This document shows positions 13,301 through 26,175 of a DNA stretch of 64,000 bases, piece by piece. Below the pieces are notes generated by a model. It ran no database searches. It was not told the origin of the DNA and was given only the letters and a program-made list of their open reading frames with translations. Source of the DNA: Lama guanicoe (Eukaryota). The stretch lies in the NCBI GenBank assembly GCA_013239625.1, contig MU054188.1, forward strand, positions 66,234-130,233, written 5' to 3'. A program made the position numbers and the translations under genes. Numbering within the stretch: the first letter of the stretch is position 1; each line of letters starts with the position of its first letter.

Positions 13301-14594
13301 CCGGGGTAGGTGCTCTCCGAGCGGAGCCAACCAAGACCCGCCCCAGATCCTGCCCAGAGTGGGCGGGGCCGAGTCAGGGCGGCTCCTCCCCTGCGGAGGC
13401 GACTCTAAGAGAAAGACCCTCCTCCCCACCCACGCACTCACCTTCCGCCTTCTGGAGAGACCGACTTCCCCAGAAACAGGCCCTTCGAAGTAGGAGGGGT
13501 TCCGAGGTTTCCGAACTTAGCCCTTCCTCCTCTGGTGGAGTGGGGCTTGGTGAGGAGGTGGTGGCGGGAGAGGGTGCGAGGGCAGACAACTCACTAAACG
13601 GGGGCTGTGACTGGGGAGTGGGAGTTCCAGGGGTTTCCTGGACCTATTTTTTTTTGAGGTTTTGGGGAAATTAAAACATAAAGAACTACTTTAATTAGGG
13701 GTAAAAACGTTATATTAAGTTTAACGGATTAGTTTTGGTGTGATAAATTAGATGTGAAATACTAAAATTGTATCAATATTAAAATTAATTTGATTATTTA
13801 AATTAAACCATGTATTTATACTTGTTAAATTAATAATAAATTCTTACATTAATAATAAACTATTAAATTAATATTAAATATTAAATTTAATGAATTGGTG
13901 TTGGACCTCTGGTGTACAAAATGGAGCCCATCATATTCTTCTGTTTATATCACGATGTCTCTCTTGTTTTTACTTTATTTGGTTTATCTCATTCTTCCCT
14001 GATCCCCACAGCCCATGCTCCTCCTTTGCTTTACCAGTTGACATATATATCCTTGAAAAAATACATTTCAGTGAAAAAAGGTAGTGATTTGTGTTATATT
14101 TTGACTAACACCTTAGACTGTGCTACAGAGCTCATTATGTTTGTTCTTTTCACTCAGGGCTGCTTTGGGCATCCGTCCTTGTTGCTTTCCGTGCAGTGTA
14201 TCAGTCGGGAGTGCCTTCGGTTGTGAGCTGGAGAGCTGAAATAGCACCTCCCAGAGTCTTGTGAGCTAGGACTCTGTGATTTAGGTTTCGCTTTTGTGTG
14301 AGGCATACATTTGGAATATAGCTAAGTAGCATGGAACATGCGTTTTGCTGTCACAGATTGTGACAGATGCAGGGGGGTTCTGGTGAGCAGCTTCCTGAAT
14401 CATCAGCTTCCTGAAGTACTGACTGCTGTTTTCCTGATCACAGGCAGGGCTCATGTGCCTCTCCAAGTGGGGAGTTGTTCCTGCACCTAGAGCCTGCTCG
14501 TCCATTTAAAGTAGCCAGATTTATTTCTGTTCTCTGCAGTTGGACCCTAACACGTGGGTTAAACAAATAGAGATTTATTCTTTGTACATGATAA

Positions 14595-15030
14595 AAAGTT
14601 CAATTCCCCCTAAAATTCATATATTGAAGCCTTAACCCCCATTGTGACTATATTTGGAGATAGGGGTGTTATGGAACTACTTAAGATAAGTGAGGCCATA
14701 GGGCGGGGCAGTAATCTGATAGGACTGCTGTCTTTTTAAGAAAAGGGAGACACCAGAGCATGTGCGCTCTCTTTTTCTCTCCTCTCTCCTCATTGCCCAG
14801 CCCCACCCCACCCCGATGTGCCTACCGTGAGCACAGTGGAAAGACCATGGGAGGATATAGTGAGAAGACGACCATCTGCTGTCCAAGGAGAGAGCTCTCA
14901 CCAGAAACCAACCCTGCTGGCACCTCGATCTTGGACTTCCAGCCTCCAGAACTGTGAGAAAATAAATTTCTATGGTTTAAGGCTCCTAATCTGTGGTATT
15001 TGTTATGGCAGCTCAAGCAGACTAACACAA
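14595..15030 (+). mobile_element. MaLR (MLT1A/MST-like) solo LTR
   Basis: aaaattcatatattgaagccttaacccc...ggacttccagcctccagaactgtgagaaaataaatttc...ttgttatggcagctcaagcagactaacaca. Confidence 0.8.
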
Positions 15031-17085
15031 GATCCAACCTTTTCTCCAACTAGTGAAATCACCCCATCTATTAAACAGTTCTCTTTCCCCTGATTTGTAG
15101 CATCATCTTTATCATATACAAACTTTGCGTTCTCTTTAATGTTTTATGTTGTGCTCGAGTTCTCTTATTATTTCATAAAGTTTTCCTTTATGTCCTTCAA
15201 TAGTGTTAATTTTTTTTTCTCCAGCTTAGGTTGATTCCTAGCTTCTTTATGGTTTTTCTTGCTATTGTAACTAAAATCTCATGTTTTTGTTTTTGTTTTG
15301 CTTATTGCTGATGTAGATGCATTTTTTTCTCTGTGTCTTTCTTAGACTTCGTATATGCTGAAGCAGATTAATCACTCTTCATGACATAGTCTCATTACTG
15401 GTCGCTGTATAGTCTGCTTTTGTTTAGTTTATTAGTTAATTACTTTTAATAAGGCAATAAGTACCCAGAATACCTCCTCTAAACAAAAGCTAGAACTTGA
15501 CAACACACTTCATGATTCCCCAAATATATCCCCTGCGACTCCCCACCCAAGGCACTTGTAATCCTGAATTTGATGTCCATTATCTTGTTGCTTTCCTTTA
15601 CATATTGTTTTATTGCACCTTTAGGTATTCCTTCAAAGTGTATATATTATGTATATTACACATATATATCCTAGTTGTTTTATTTAAAAGAATATAAATG
15701 CCATTTGTAGTCTTTGGCTGTCTACTTTTTATCACTGAATAATGTATTGCTAAGATTCCTTCATACTGTTGTGTGGTGACAGTTGCTATGTGACACTCCA
15801 TTGTGTGACTACCCCACAGTTATCATGCTGCTTTACGGATGGATATTTGAGGTGTTTCTATGTTTCTGCTACTACAAATTGTGCTGCTGTGAATATTCTT
15901 TTTTTTTAAAAGAATTTCCATTATAAAAGCGGTCCTGTGCTTGATCATGTCAGTGGGGAATCACACAGAACAAACTGGATACTAGCATTTAGTAAAATCC
16001 AGTTTAAAATTATAGAGCACTTTAAGTATAAAAATAAGACTTTTAATTAAAAGACTATATATTGAAAACCGACTCTAACTGAATTCAACAAAAGAGTATA
16101 TAGCCCTGGATACAGCCACAAAACAATTGAAAAGTGTAACGCAAGTCTACATCCTGTTATGGGGTCCATAAGCCACGGGGCTGTCGAACTTCACAGGGAG
16201 TTTGACACTGAATCCTCTCTGACTCTCAGTCTGGGTGCCCCTCTGGGGAGGGTGCTCGGCCTGGAAGGTTGGCTCAGCCCAGGGCGAGGGGGGTGATCAG
16301 GGCTCACTGCAAGGCACTAAAGCTACTCTCCAGCTCCATGGATCACTACACAAGAATAAAAGCACCAGCACTGTCATAGCGCCCACTACAGGCCTGTGCT
16401 ATTCCCAGCATTTTCCATATATTAAGAACTCTTTCAATGCCCACAACAATTCTGTATGGTCGTACTATTGTTCATCTCCATTTTAGAGTTGACGGAAATA
16501 AATGAGGCTGAAACCACAGTGCAAAGAAGGTTAAACTTCAAAGTCTCATCTCGGGGCCAGATAGAAAGACATCAAAATGGGTAAGGTTTTCAATCAGCAA
16601 ATTCTGGGGCAGGTGAATTGCAACTCTAAAGCCCAGGGGCTTAGCAAGGTACCTGGCCTCTCATGTGCCACCAGATAGCGGAGTGCCCCCTGCTGGAGCA
16701 AGAACAGGGTGAGTGGGTCAGGCCCCTCTGGGAATGCCCCAAGCTTGGCTCTGGGAGACAGAATCAGGGGCCACCTTCAGAGATGAAGGGGAAATGACAA
16801 GAGACCAAGCTATTAAAAATAACCTAGAATTTGCCTGGAAATAGCTCAGAGAGTTCAGCATGTCCTAAAAAGGCCTCCAGTCCTGGAACTCTGGCAGATG
16901 CGGGGAGTCGGGGGAAGGGAGGGAGACAGATGAGGGAGGAAGCAGAGAGAAGGCTGAAGAAGAGATGAAGTCAGTAGCTTTCTATCACTCCCGAAGTTTG
17001 GGGGACCACTGACCCTGCTCCCTAATGACAAAGGTAATGGAAGAAGAAAGATCAGAGCTAGCCCCTCCTCCCTGAACAAGGCAAG

Positions 17086-17168
17086 NNNNNNNNNNNNNNN
17101 NNNNNNNNNNNNNNNNNNNNNNNNNNNNNNNNNNNNNNNNNNNNNNNNNNNNNNNNNNNNNNNNNNNN
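17086..17168. other. assembly gap
   Basis: Run of N. Confidence 1.
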
Positions 17169-17295
17169 TGCCTCTTTTTGGTACACCAGAGCAGGAGCCA
17201 ACTGCACAAGAAGCATGACAGTCACAGGCCCCACACACAACTGTGTCCTTCTCCCTCGGGTCCCAAACTGATCAGAAACTAACCAGAACAGAATT

Positions 17296-18285
17296 NNNNN
17301 NNNNNNNNNNNNNNNNNNNNNNNNNNNNNNNNNNNNNNNNNNNNNNNNNNNNNNNNNNNNNNNNNNNNNNNNNNNNNNNNNNNNNNNNNNNNNNNNNNNN
17401 NNNNNNNNNNNNNNNNNNNNNNNNNNNNNNNNNNNNNNNNNNNNNNNNNNNNNNNNNNNNNNNNNNNNNNNNNNNNNNNNNNNNNNNNNNNNNNNNNNNN
17501 NNNNNNNNNNNNNNNNNNNNNNNNNNNNNNNNNNNNNNNNNNNNNNNNNNNNNNNNNNNNNNNNNNNNNNNNNNNNNNNNNNNNNNNNNNNNNNNNNNNN
17601 NNNNNNNNNNNNNNNNNNNNNNNNNNNNNNNNNNNNNNNNNNNNNNNNNNNNNNNNNNNNNNNNNNNNNNNNNNNNNNNNNNNNNNNNNNNNNNNNNNNN
17701 NNNNNNNNNNNNNNNNNNNNNNNNNNNNNNNNNNNNNNNNNNNNNNNNNNNNNNNNNNNNNNNNNNNNNNNNNNNNNNNNNNNNNNNNNNNNNNNNNNNN
17801 NNNNNNNNNNNNNNNNNNNNNNNNNNNNNNNNNNNNNNNNNNNNNNNNNNNNNNNNNNNNNNNNNNNNNNNNNNNNNNNNNNNNNNNNNNNNNNNNNNNN
17901 NNNNNNNNNNNNNNNNNNNNNNNNNNNNNNNNNNNNNNNNNNNNNNNNNNNNNNNNNNNNNNNNNNNNNNNNNNNNNNNNNNNNNNNNNNNNNNNNNNNN
18001 NNNNNNNNNNNNNNNNNNNNNNNNNNNNNNNNNNNNNNNNNNNNNNNNNNNNNNNNNNNNNNNNNNNNNNNNNNNNNNNNNNNNNNNNNNNNNNNNNNNN
18101 NNNNNNNNNNNNNNNNNNNNNNNNNNNNNNNNNNNNNNNNNNNNNNNNNNNNNNNNNNNNNNNNNNNNNNNNNNNNNNNNNNNNNNNNNNNNNNNNNNNN
18201 NNNNNNNNNNNNNNNNNNNNNNNNNNNNNNNNNNNNNNNNNNNNNNNNNNNNNNNNNNNNNNNNNNNNNNNNNNNNNNNNNNNNN
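17296..18285. other. assembly gap (~1 kb)
   Basis: Run of N. Confidence 1.
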
Positions 18286-20504
18286 CCTTCCCCCAGCCGT
18301 CGCCCCGCCCTTTGGTGCCTCGGCAGGTGGAGGCCGTCGGGAGTCTTTGAGGGATGCCCAGAACGGCAGCTCCGGGTGGGACCTCGCTCCCCCCGCCCCC
18401 CAGCTCCACCTCAGCTCCGGCACCGCCCCCCCTCCCGCGACAGCGTCAGCGGTCTCCCCTTGCTCCCACTCTTGCTCAAGCCTGCGAGTGGTGCAACAGG
18501 CGGGGGGTGGAGGGGAGCGTAGACATTTGGATAGAAAGGGGCCAAAAAAGAGAATGGGAGAGGAAAGAGATGAGAAGCGGATGAGGCTAAAGGCCAGTGT
18601 GGGAAGAGAGATGCAGACAGAAAGAGAGGTGATGAAAGGGTGGTGGTCTCGGGCCTGAGTCCGGTGTGGTGCCTTAATGCTGCCTTCTCCCCATGGACAC
18701 ACAGAGCACCTCTTCTGCTGTTCGAGTCACACCCTCTCCCATCCCATTCCATCCACCCCTCAGAGCCCAGCAGTGGGTGGCAATGGCTGTGCTAACCACG
18801 TCGAGAGGCTTCAGGGGAACAGAGGAAAAGACAGGCACGAAAAGAGTAAAACTGAGCAGGCCTGGAGAGGGGAGCAAAGGAGGCAACAAGAAAGAAAACA
18901 CAAAGAGAAAAGAGATGGAGAAAGAAGGGCAAGACTTCGATCAACAAGGGCAGAATGAAAGGACAAAACAAGGAAAAGACTGATCCAGGAAGAGGAATTT
19001 AAGTCGGGGGGGGGGGCTGTCAAAGACGGGGGAAGGTGAGAGATTGGACCCTACAGACAGAGGACAGGGAAGGGTGCCTCCAGCTTCCAGACCACTCCCA
19101 GGGTACATTTCCTACCCTCAAAAGGGGAAGGGATTGGAGGGGGCAGAGTCCTGGGCTGCCCTGGGCAGGGGCTGGCTGGGGCTTTCCAGGGATGTCTGCA
19201 GGGACCAGCAGGCCTGTCCCTCTGCGTCTCCTTCCCCCACCCCCCAGGCTGAGACAAAGGCAAAGGGAGAGAGGACATTTTCCAACTCTGCTATTTGTAA
19301 CTCCAATCCAGACATGGGGCCGGGAAGGGAGATAGGAAATAATTTGGCACAACTGGAACCTCACTTGCTCCCTCCTCCCCTTCCTAGTTCTCTTCCTTAC
19401 CAGGTGTTGGTCTTGAGTATATCCATCTGTCCATCTTTCCCTTCTCTCTCTCACTCTCTGGTTTTGTCTCATCCCCAGCTCCATCTTTGTCCCCTGTCTC
19501 GTCTCTGTCACTTGGAATCTTTCTAGACTATTTCTCAATATCTCTAATGTTTTCTCCACCCCTCAAACACTCTCATATTCTTAAGATTCTCTCTTTTCCC
19601 TCCCTTTCTTAAAAGCTCCCATACGTGTTTTCCCTAATTCTTCTTTCCATATTCCCTTTGACTCTCTTACTTCTTTGTCCAGGATTACACTAAAATAACA
19701 AACAAACAAACAGGCTCTCACTCTGCTGGCCCTGGGACAGTCCTTGCCCTGGGTAAGTTACTATACATTTGAAGGTTTGGGTCTCCATTTTTGCAACACT
19801 CCCCCTGCAGACCTCCAGGGGACTGGCACACCTCTACACAGGTGCTATCAAGGTAATACAGCAGGCTGACCCCGAGATCCTACTTTTATCATCATCCAGA
19901 TACGCCCTCTCCATCCCTTTACTATCTCAGAGCCCAGACAACACAGAAGAGCTGATATGAGAATGCAGAGGAGAGAAATCAGGATAGAACCCGAAACTCT
20001 GGACTCTCAGCCCCAACATCCAACCGGGCTCAAAATGCCTTTAGAGCCCCAGCTGCCTTCTTCTCTGTCTGCACCTGCAGCTTCTGCCTCCCTCCAACTC
20101 CACTCCACCGGCTCCTGCTAAATCGGAGCCTGAAATCAGATGCCAAGAATCTGCTTCTGACCTCCTCTGCCCAAATATTTGAGAAGTCACCTCACCCGCC
20201 ACAGGAGGAAGGAGCAGGAAAGAAGAGAGAGAGGCCGCCCAAAACCAGCCTGGCTACAAATAGTGGGGAGAGGGAGGGCGGGGGAGCGTGCAGGAGTCCC
20301 AGACCAGCCTGGTACATTTAGACATGTAGGTTTTCCCTAAGGGGGAAGTGAGACCAGGTTGTTGGAATGGAGAGGAACATTGGAGGTCAAGGAGGGGAAT
20401 GAAGAAGCTGGAGGAATCCAGATAATGGAGGCAGCTCGATATTAGAATAAATAACCTGCCAGAGAACTTTTGTATTTGAGTCTGGAGTTTGGAAGTTCAT
20501 TCAA

Positions 20505-20965
20505 TTAAAACCAATGCTGATACCGTGTGATTCCACTCGTATAACACTGTCAAAATGACAGAACTGGAGAGATGAGGAACAGTTTGCTGCTCGCGAGGGG
20601 ACAGAGATGGGGAGGTGGGGGGGTTAATATACAAAGATAGCACAGGGAGTTCCTTCAAGGGGATGAAGAGTTCTGTATCTTGACTTTGGTGGTGGTTATT
20701 CAAACCTATATGGGGAATAAAATTGCATAGAACTACGCACACAGGCGCACACATACGCAAATGAATGCATATAGAAAACTGGGGGAAAGGGAATAAAGCT
20801 TGTAGGCTAGTTAACAGAATTGTACCTGCGTCAGCAACCTGGTTCTGATACCGTGCCACAGTTACAGATGGTGTCACCACTGGGGGAGCTGGGGGAAGGG
20901 CACAAGGGAATGTACTGTTTTTGCAACTTCCTCTGCATCTGTAAGTATTTCCAAATAATTTCAAA
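20505..20965 (+). mobile_element. old L1M (L1ME/L1MC-like) 3' end
   Basis: gtgtgattccactcgtataac...gttctgtatcttgactttggtggtgg...tttttgcaacttcctctg. Confidence 0.65.
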
Positions 20966-23194
20966 ACATTTAAACAATTGATAAATGTCCGGACCCAGCA
21001 AAGACTTTGCCCCTTGTCTGAGTGGAAGCCGAGGTTTCTCCAGCCCCTTTGTCCCTCTTCCCCTCCCTCCGGAGCCCCTGTTTTCCATCTCCCCCAGATG
21101 ACACATTTTCCAGCTGCTGTGTCTAGCTTAGGAGCAAACACTTTCAGAACACACTGCAGGGTTTACTTCTCCCTCCACCTCACCTGGCAGCAGAGCCTTG
21201 GAGCATACGTCCCAGGGCCTGCCTCTTCCTCCCCAACACACACAGCCTCAGGACTTTCTCACCCCCCCACCTCTCCAGCACTAGAGTCCTTCTGTGGCCT
21301 CTGAATTCTGGCTGTAGCCAAAGTTCAAACTCTGGGAGTGGCTGGGAGAGAAGGAATAGAAATGTGATCGAGGGGAGTCCTTCGAGAAGTGGCTTGACCA
21401 CTGTGGTCTTGGAGGATCTGAGGGAAAACCCCTTGCACCTTGGGGAGAAGGACTGGGAGGTCACTTCCCACAGGGAGCCATTCAGACTGTCTTGAGGGCC
21501 CCTTTTCTTTGAGCGTGGGCTTCATGCCAACATTTGGAACTTGGCCACACCACCAACGGCCCCCTCTTGAAGCCCAGCCAGATTTCCCAGTATGAGAAGC
21601 CTTCTCCGCTCACACCATGTCCTCCCTCAGTCCTCACCCAACCCTAACAACTCGGCAGCTTCCAGCCCTAATGCTTAGCCCAGCCAGTCAGCTTGGAGAT
21701 CGCGAATTAAAGCTAACTCTGAAGGAGACCTCCAAAGAACAGGGAAATGAGTGGAGAAAAGAATTACAGAGTTGCGTTCATCCATTCTAAGAGAAAGTAA
21801 TCCAGGTGGGAAATTGTAAGCAGAGGTGGGCAGAAAAAGATTTCAAAGTTCAAGAGTCATTCTCCGGTTATGTATGCAGCTAGTGTCTGTCTCTACCAAA
21901 GGCAGGTGGAGCTGAGCTTCAACCGCAGTAGATACTGAAGTCAGACAGTGAGCAACAAGGGTCCAGAACAAGAGCAGATGGAGGATGATATCAGGTGGGG
22001 TCCCCAGATGCAGGTACCCGTGTTCTCTGCCCAGATCTAGGGCAAAGGAACAGCCAGCGCATGGGAGAGGAGGGCGGGGCTGATGTCTGCAGAGTCCTGG
22101 CACTCTCAACACCGACTATGAAAATGTCAGGAGGCTGTAACAAGGGGGGTGAGGGTAATACAGCATGGGCCTGGCACTCTCCGTGAGTCATCCTCTTCCC
22201 AACCGTCACAGACTCAAGGCCGAAACCCCCAACACAACCCCCTCATTAGCTCCTGCCCCCTGTTTCACATTCTCCTTGTCACCATTCTCTGGCACCCCTT
22301 CCAACCCCTGCCTGTCTCTCCCAGCTTTGGGAGTGAGGCACCGGGCATCTTCCAATCTGCCTCTGTTCTGCTTGCTCACTGCAGTTGGAAGCTAGAGCCA
22401 GAGGGGGCGAGGACCGGGCCAGGCTGCCCGGCGATGCTCTCACTCTTCCCGCTTCTATTGACCAGCCGCTTTCTGGAGCAGAGCCTCTTCCCAAACACTC
22501 CTCCTCTGCCAGCATTCCCTTCAACTGATGCCCCACAAGTACAGAGGGGCACAGTGGCAGGAGACAGCGAGCCCTCCCTAAAAGTGCTTCTGGGCTCCCC
22601 CTCCTGGGGCCCCTCCCATGGAGTCTGCAGAGCAGCGCAGTGCTTACCCTGGGGATCCGGTATGAGGTGGCCTGCATCTGTGTCCTGGCTCTACTTCATT
22701 ACTACACTGCTCTGTACTGCAGATGCCTCCCTGCAAACTGGGGGCGACTCTTACACTTCACACGATTGTTCTAGGGATTAAATGAATTAATACATGTAAA
22801 GTGCTTGACACACGGTAAGTACTCAGGAAATGTTGGGGAGAAAGAACACATTTAAGCGTAGACACATACACACGGTATCCAACACTTTTATTCAGAAGTT
22901 TTACTTTGGCACTTAATGTTCTGCTTTATGTTCCCACTTAACCATTTCACTCACTAATCTTTTGACAGCTGCTCATCTCCCAGGACTTAAGGTGCTACTC
23001 TGCAAACAGCTGAATGACTTAATCTCTAACTGGGACTCAAAAAATTCATGAAGAATGTTTTATTCTATCTCAATCAGTATCCATTTCTTCCCCAGTCCCC
23101 ACAAGTAGATGTAATGAAGTCAATTTTCAATTATGTCTCACTGAATCACCAAGTGAGAGCATGCCAAAGTTGGAAATGGCCTTAGATATGGTTC

Positions 23195-23355
23195 AGCCCC
23201 GTGATTCTCACCTTCGGTGCACATTAGAATCACCTGAACAGCTTTTTCTAAATACCTAAACAGGCTTAATTAATTAATTAGTCTGAGGCTGAGGAATTTC
23301 TTTTAAAACTTCCCCCAATGATTCTAATGTTTAGCCATGACTTACAGTCACTGAT
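23195..23355. mobile_element. MER5A-like hAT-Charlie MITE
   Basis: gtgattctca...tgcacattagaatcacctg...tgattctaatg...cactg quasi-palindromic structure. Confidence 0.65.
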
Positions 23356-23799
23356 TTAATCCAATCCCCTAATTTTACTAGGAGAAAACCAAAATCCACA
23401 GTGGGTAAGCAACTTGCCTGACGTCACCCAGCACGTCAGTGCACCGTGCACCAAGAGAGATTGTGGCAATACCAAGAATATTTGTAACGTTCATCATTGC
23501 TTCTTGTTGGGGTTAATCTCAGGGCATCTCTCTGTAGTTCAGAAAGGTGTTGTATAATCTACCTTTTACTTGGCCAGCAGCGCTTATTCTTCACAGTAAG
23601 ACTTAAGTGAGTTTGCATTCCCTGACCACAAAAGGACAGAGAGGGAACTGCACGTTCACCACACGTAGCCAGCCAAATTAGCTAAGCTCCCTAGGAGGCT
23701 GCTGGAAGTGCCTAAAGTGCTTCCTCTCTGCAATGATCACCCAGAGGCGAGGAATTTGGCCGGCTGGTGCGAGCCCGGGATTTGCTCCCACTTCCTTTC

Positions 23800-24550
23800 G
23801 ATGCTGCCAACCCGCAACACTGACTGCACCGCACCTGCCTCCTAGCAGTAGGCTGCCCTGTACCCTGCATCCCATGAACCTGGGGCAGTAGAGGCTACCA
23901 CCAGGCCAGGCCGCGGGGGAGACGGGAGCAAGATGACCAGAATGGAGCATCCGGGGCAGGCCCCGGACACCCACCTTCGTCACCGCTCCCCAAGACCCCT
24001 GAGCTCACTGCACAGACCTCCCGGGAGCAAGCTAACCAGGAGACATGCATCCTGCGAACCTGGGGAAGCAGATGCTGCCCCTAAGCCAGGCCTCGGGAGA
24101 TAGAGACAAATCCAGGGGTTCACACCGGGCAGCATCCCCTCCAGCCACAGCCACCATTGCCCATTGACCACACCGCACAAGGCTCCCAAGGAGCTGGCCC
24201 ACCTGGGGATGTGCCTCCAGTGAACCTGGGGCAGCAGAGGCCGCCCCCAGGCCAGGCCACAGGGAAGGTGGGAACAAATCCCCTGGCTCTCACAGGGTAG
24301 CCCCCCTTATTCCACCTCCACAGCTGCCACACCTGCCATCGTCCCCGCTGCTCCCTGACTGGATCATACAGGGCTCTAGGGCGCAGTCTGACCTAAAGAC
24401 GAACCTGGGGCAGCAGAGACCACACCCCGCCAGGCCATGGAGAAGATGGGGGCAAATAACTGGCTCCCAAGGGGCAGCCCCCTTCCCCACACCGCCACCA
24501 CCAGGGCTACGGCCTCTGCCATCTTCCCAGCCCCCTGGCCACACTGCGCC
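23800..24550. repeat. degenerate GC-rich tandem repeat, 4 units of ~166-180 bp
   Basis: Motif GAACCTGGGG(C/A)AG(C/T)AGA..C.CCC..GCCAGGCC recurs at 23876, 24056, 24222 and 24401. Confidence 0.8.
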
Positions 24551-24554
24551 CGTG

Positions 24555-26168
24555 GTCTTACTAAAGTCGGTATAGAGGGAACATGTCTCAACATAATAAA
24601 AGCTATTATGACAAACCTACAGTCACAATACCCTACCAAGAGAGCGGAAAGCCTTTCTGCTAAAATCTGGAATAAAGCAAGGATACCCACTGTCACCACT
24701 TCTATTCAATATTGTATTGGAGTTCCTAGCCACAGCAATTAAATGAGAAAAAGAAATAAAAGGGTCCAGACTGGAAAAGTAAATGTAAAAGTGTCGTTAT
24801 ATGTGGGTGACATGATACTATACAGAGAAAATCCTGAAGGCTCCACACAGAAACTACTAGAGCTACTACCCGGCAAGGCAGCAGCACACAACATCCACAC
24901 ACAGACGTCAGGGGCCTGGCTTCACACGAAAGTAATAAACACTTTTAAAATTGCATCCAAGAAAATAAAATACTTAGGAATAAATTTGACCAAGAATGTG
25001 AAAGACTTATATGCAGAGAACTACAAAACACTGACTAAGGAAATTAAAGAGGACTTAAAGAATGGAAAGATCTCCCAGGTTCTTGCACTGGAAGAATTAA
25101 TGTTGTCAAAATGGTTATCCTGCCCAGAGCAGTCTGCAGATTTAATGTGAACCCTATCATATCACCCAGGGCGTTTTTCACAAAACTGCAACAAATCATC
25201 CTAAAATTTATATGGAATCACAGAAGACCCAGAAATTACCAAAGCATTACTGAAGAGAAGACCAAAGCTGGAGGAATAACCCTCCCAGACTTCAGACAAT
25301 ACTACAGAGCTACAGTCATCCATGGTATTGGTGCAAAAACAGACATATGGATCAATGGAGCAGAACAGAGAGCCCAGATATAAACCCACAAATCTTTGGT
25401 CAATTAATCTTTGACAAACGAGGCAAGAACATCCAATGGAGTGAAGACAGTCTCTTCAGCAAATGGTGTAGGGAAAACCGGACTGCTGCGTGTAAATCAA
25501 TGAAGTTAGACTACTCCTTCACACCATACTCAAAAATAAATTGAAAACGGCTTGAAGACTTAAACATAAGACAAGATACCACAGACCTCTTAGAAGAAAA
25601 CACAGGCAAAACGTGATCTGACACACACCTCAGCAATGTTCCCCTAGGGCAGTCTACCCAAGCAATCGAAATAAAAGCAAAAGTAAACAAATGGGACCTA
25701 ATTGAACTTAAACGCCTTTGCACAGCAAAGGAAACCATAAGCAAAACAAAAAGACAACCTACGAGATGGGAGAAAATATTTGCAAATGTTTCGACTGACA
25801 AAGACTTCATTTCCAGAATATATAAACAGCTCATACAACTGAATGACCAAAAAACAAACAACCCAATTCAAAAATTGGCAGAAGACCTAAACAAGCATTT
25901 CTCCAGTAAAGACATACAAACAGCCAATAGGCACATGAAAAAATGCTGAATATCACTAATGATCAGAGAAATGCAAATCAAAACTACAATGAGGTATCAC
26001 CTCACACCAGTCAGAATGGCCATCATTCAAAAGTCCACAAATAATAAATGCTGGAGAGGCCGTGGAGAAAAGGGAACCCTTCTACACTGTTGGTGGGAAT
26101 GCAGTTTGGTGCAGCCACTGTGTAGAACAGTAGGGAAACTCCTCAAAAGACTAAAAACAGACTTGCCA
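24555..26168 (+). mobile_element. L1 ORF2 fragment (RT C-half to Cys-rich domain), disrupted
   Basis: Translations [24 protein letters not shown] and [18 protein letters not shown] are L1 ORF2 motifs, with frameshifts and stops. Confidence 0.95.
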
Positions 26169-26175
26169 AAAACTT

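Noticed and set aside
15898..16220. Poly-T followed by AT-rich unique sequence, possible antisense retrocopy 3' UTR
   Set aside because: No recognisable parent gene, poly(A) signal or TSD.
17243..18702. 471/476/376-aa ORFs in the track
   Set aside because: Artefacts of translating through N gaps.
23876..24440. Regularly spaced repeats as a CRISPR-like array
   Set aside because: Mammalian DNA; units are degenerate along their whole length and ~175 bp, with no cas genes.
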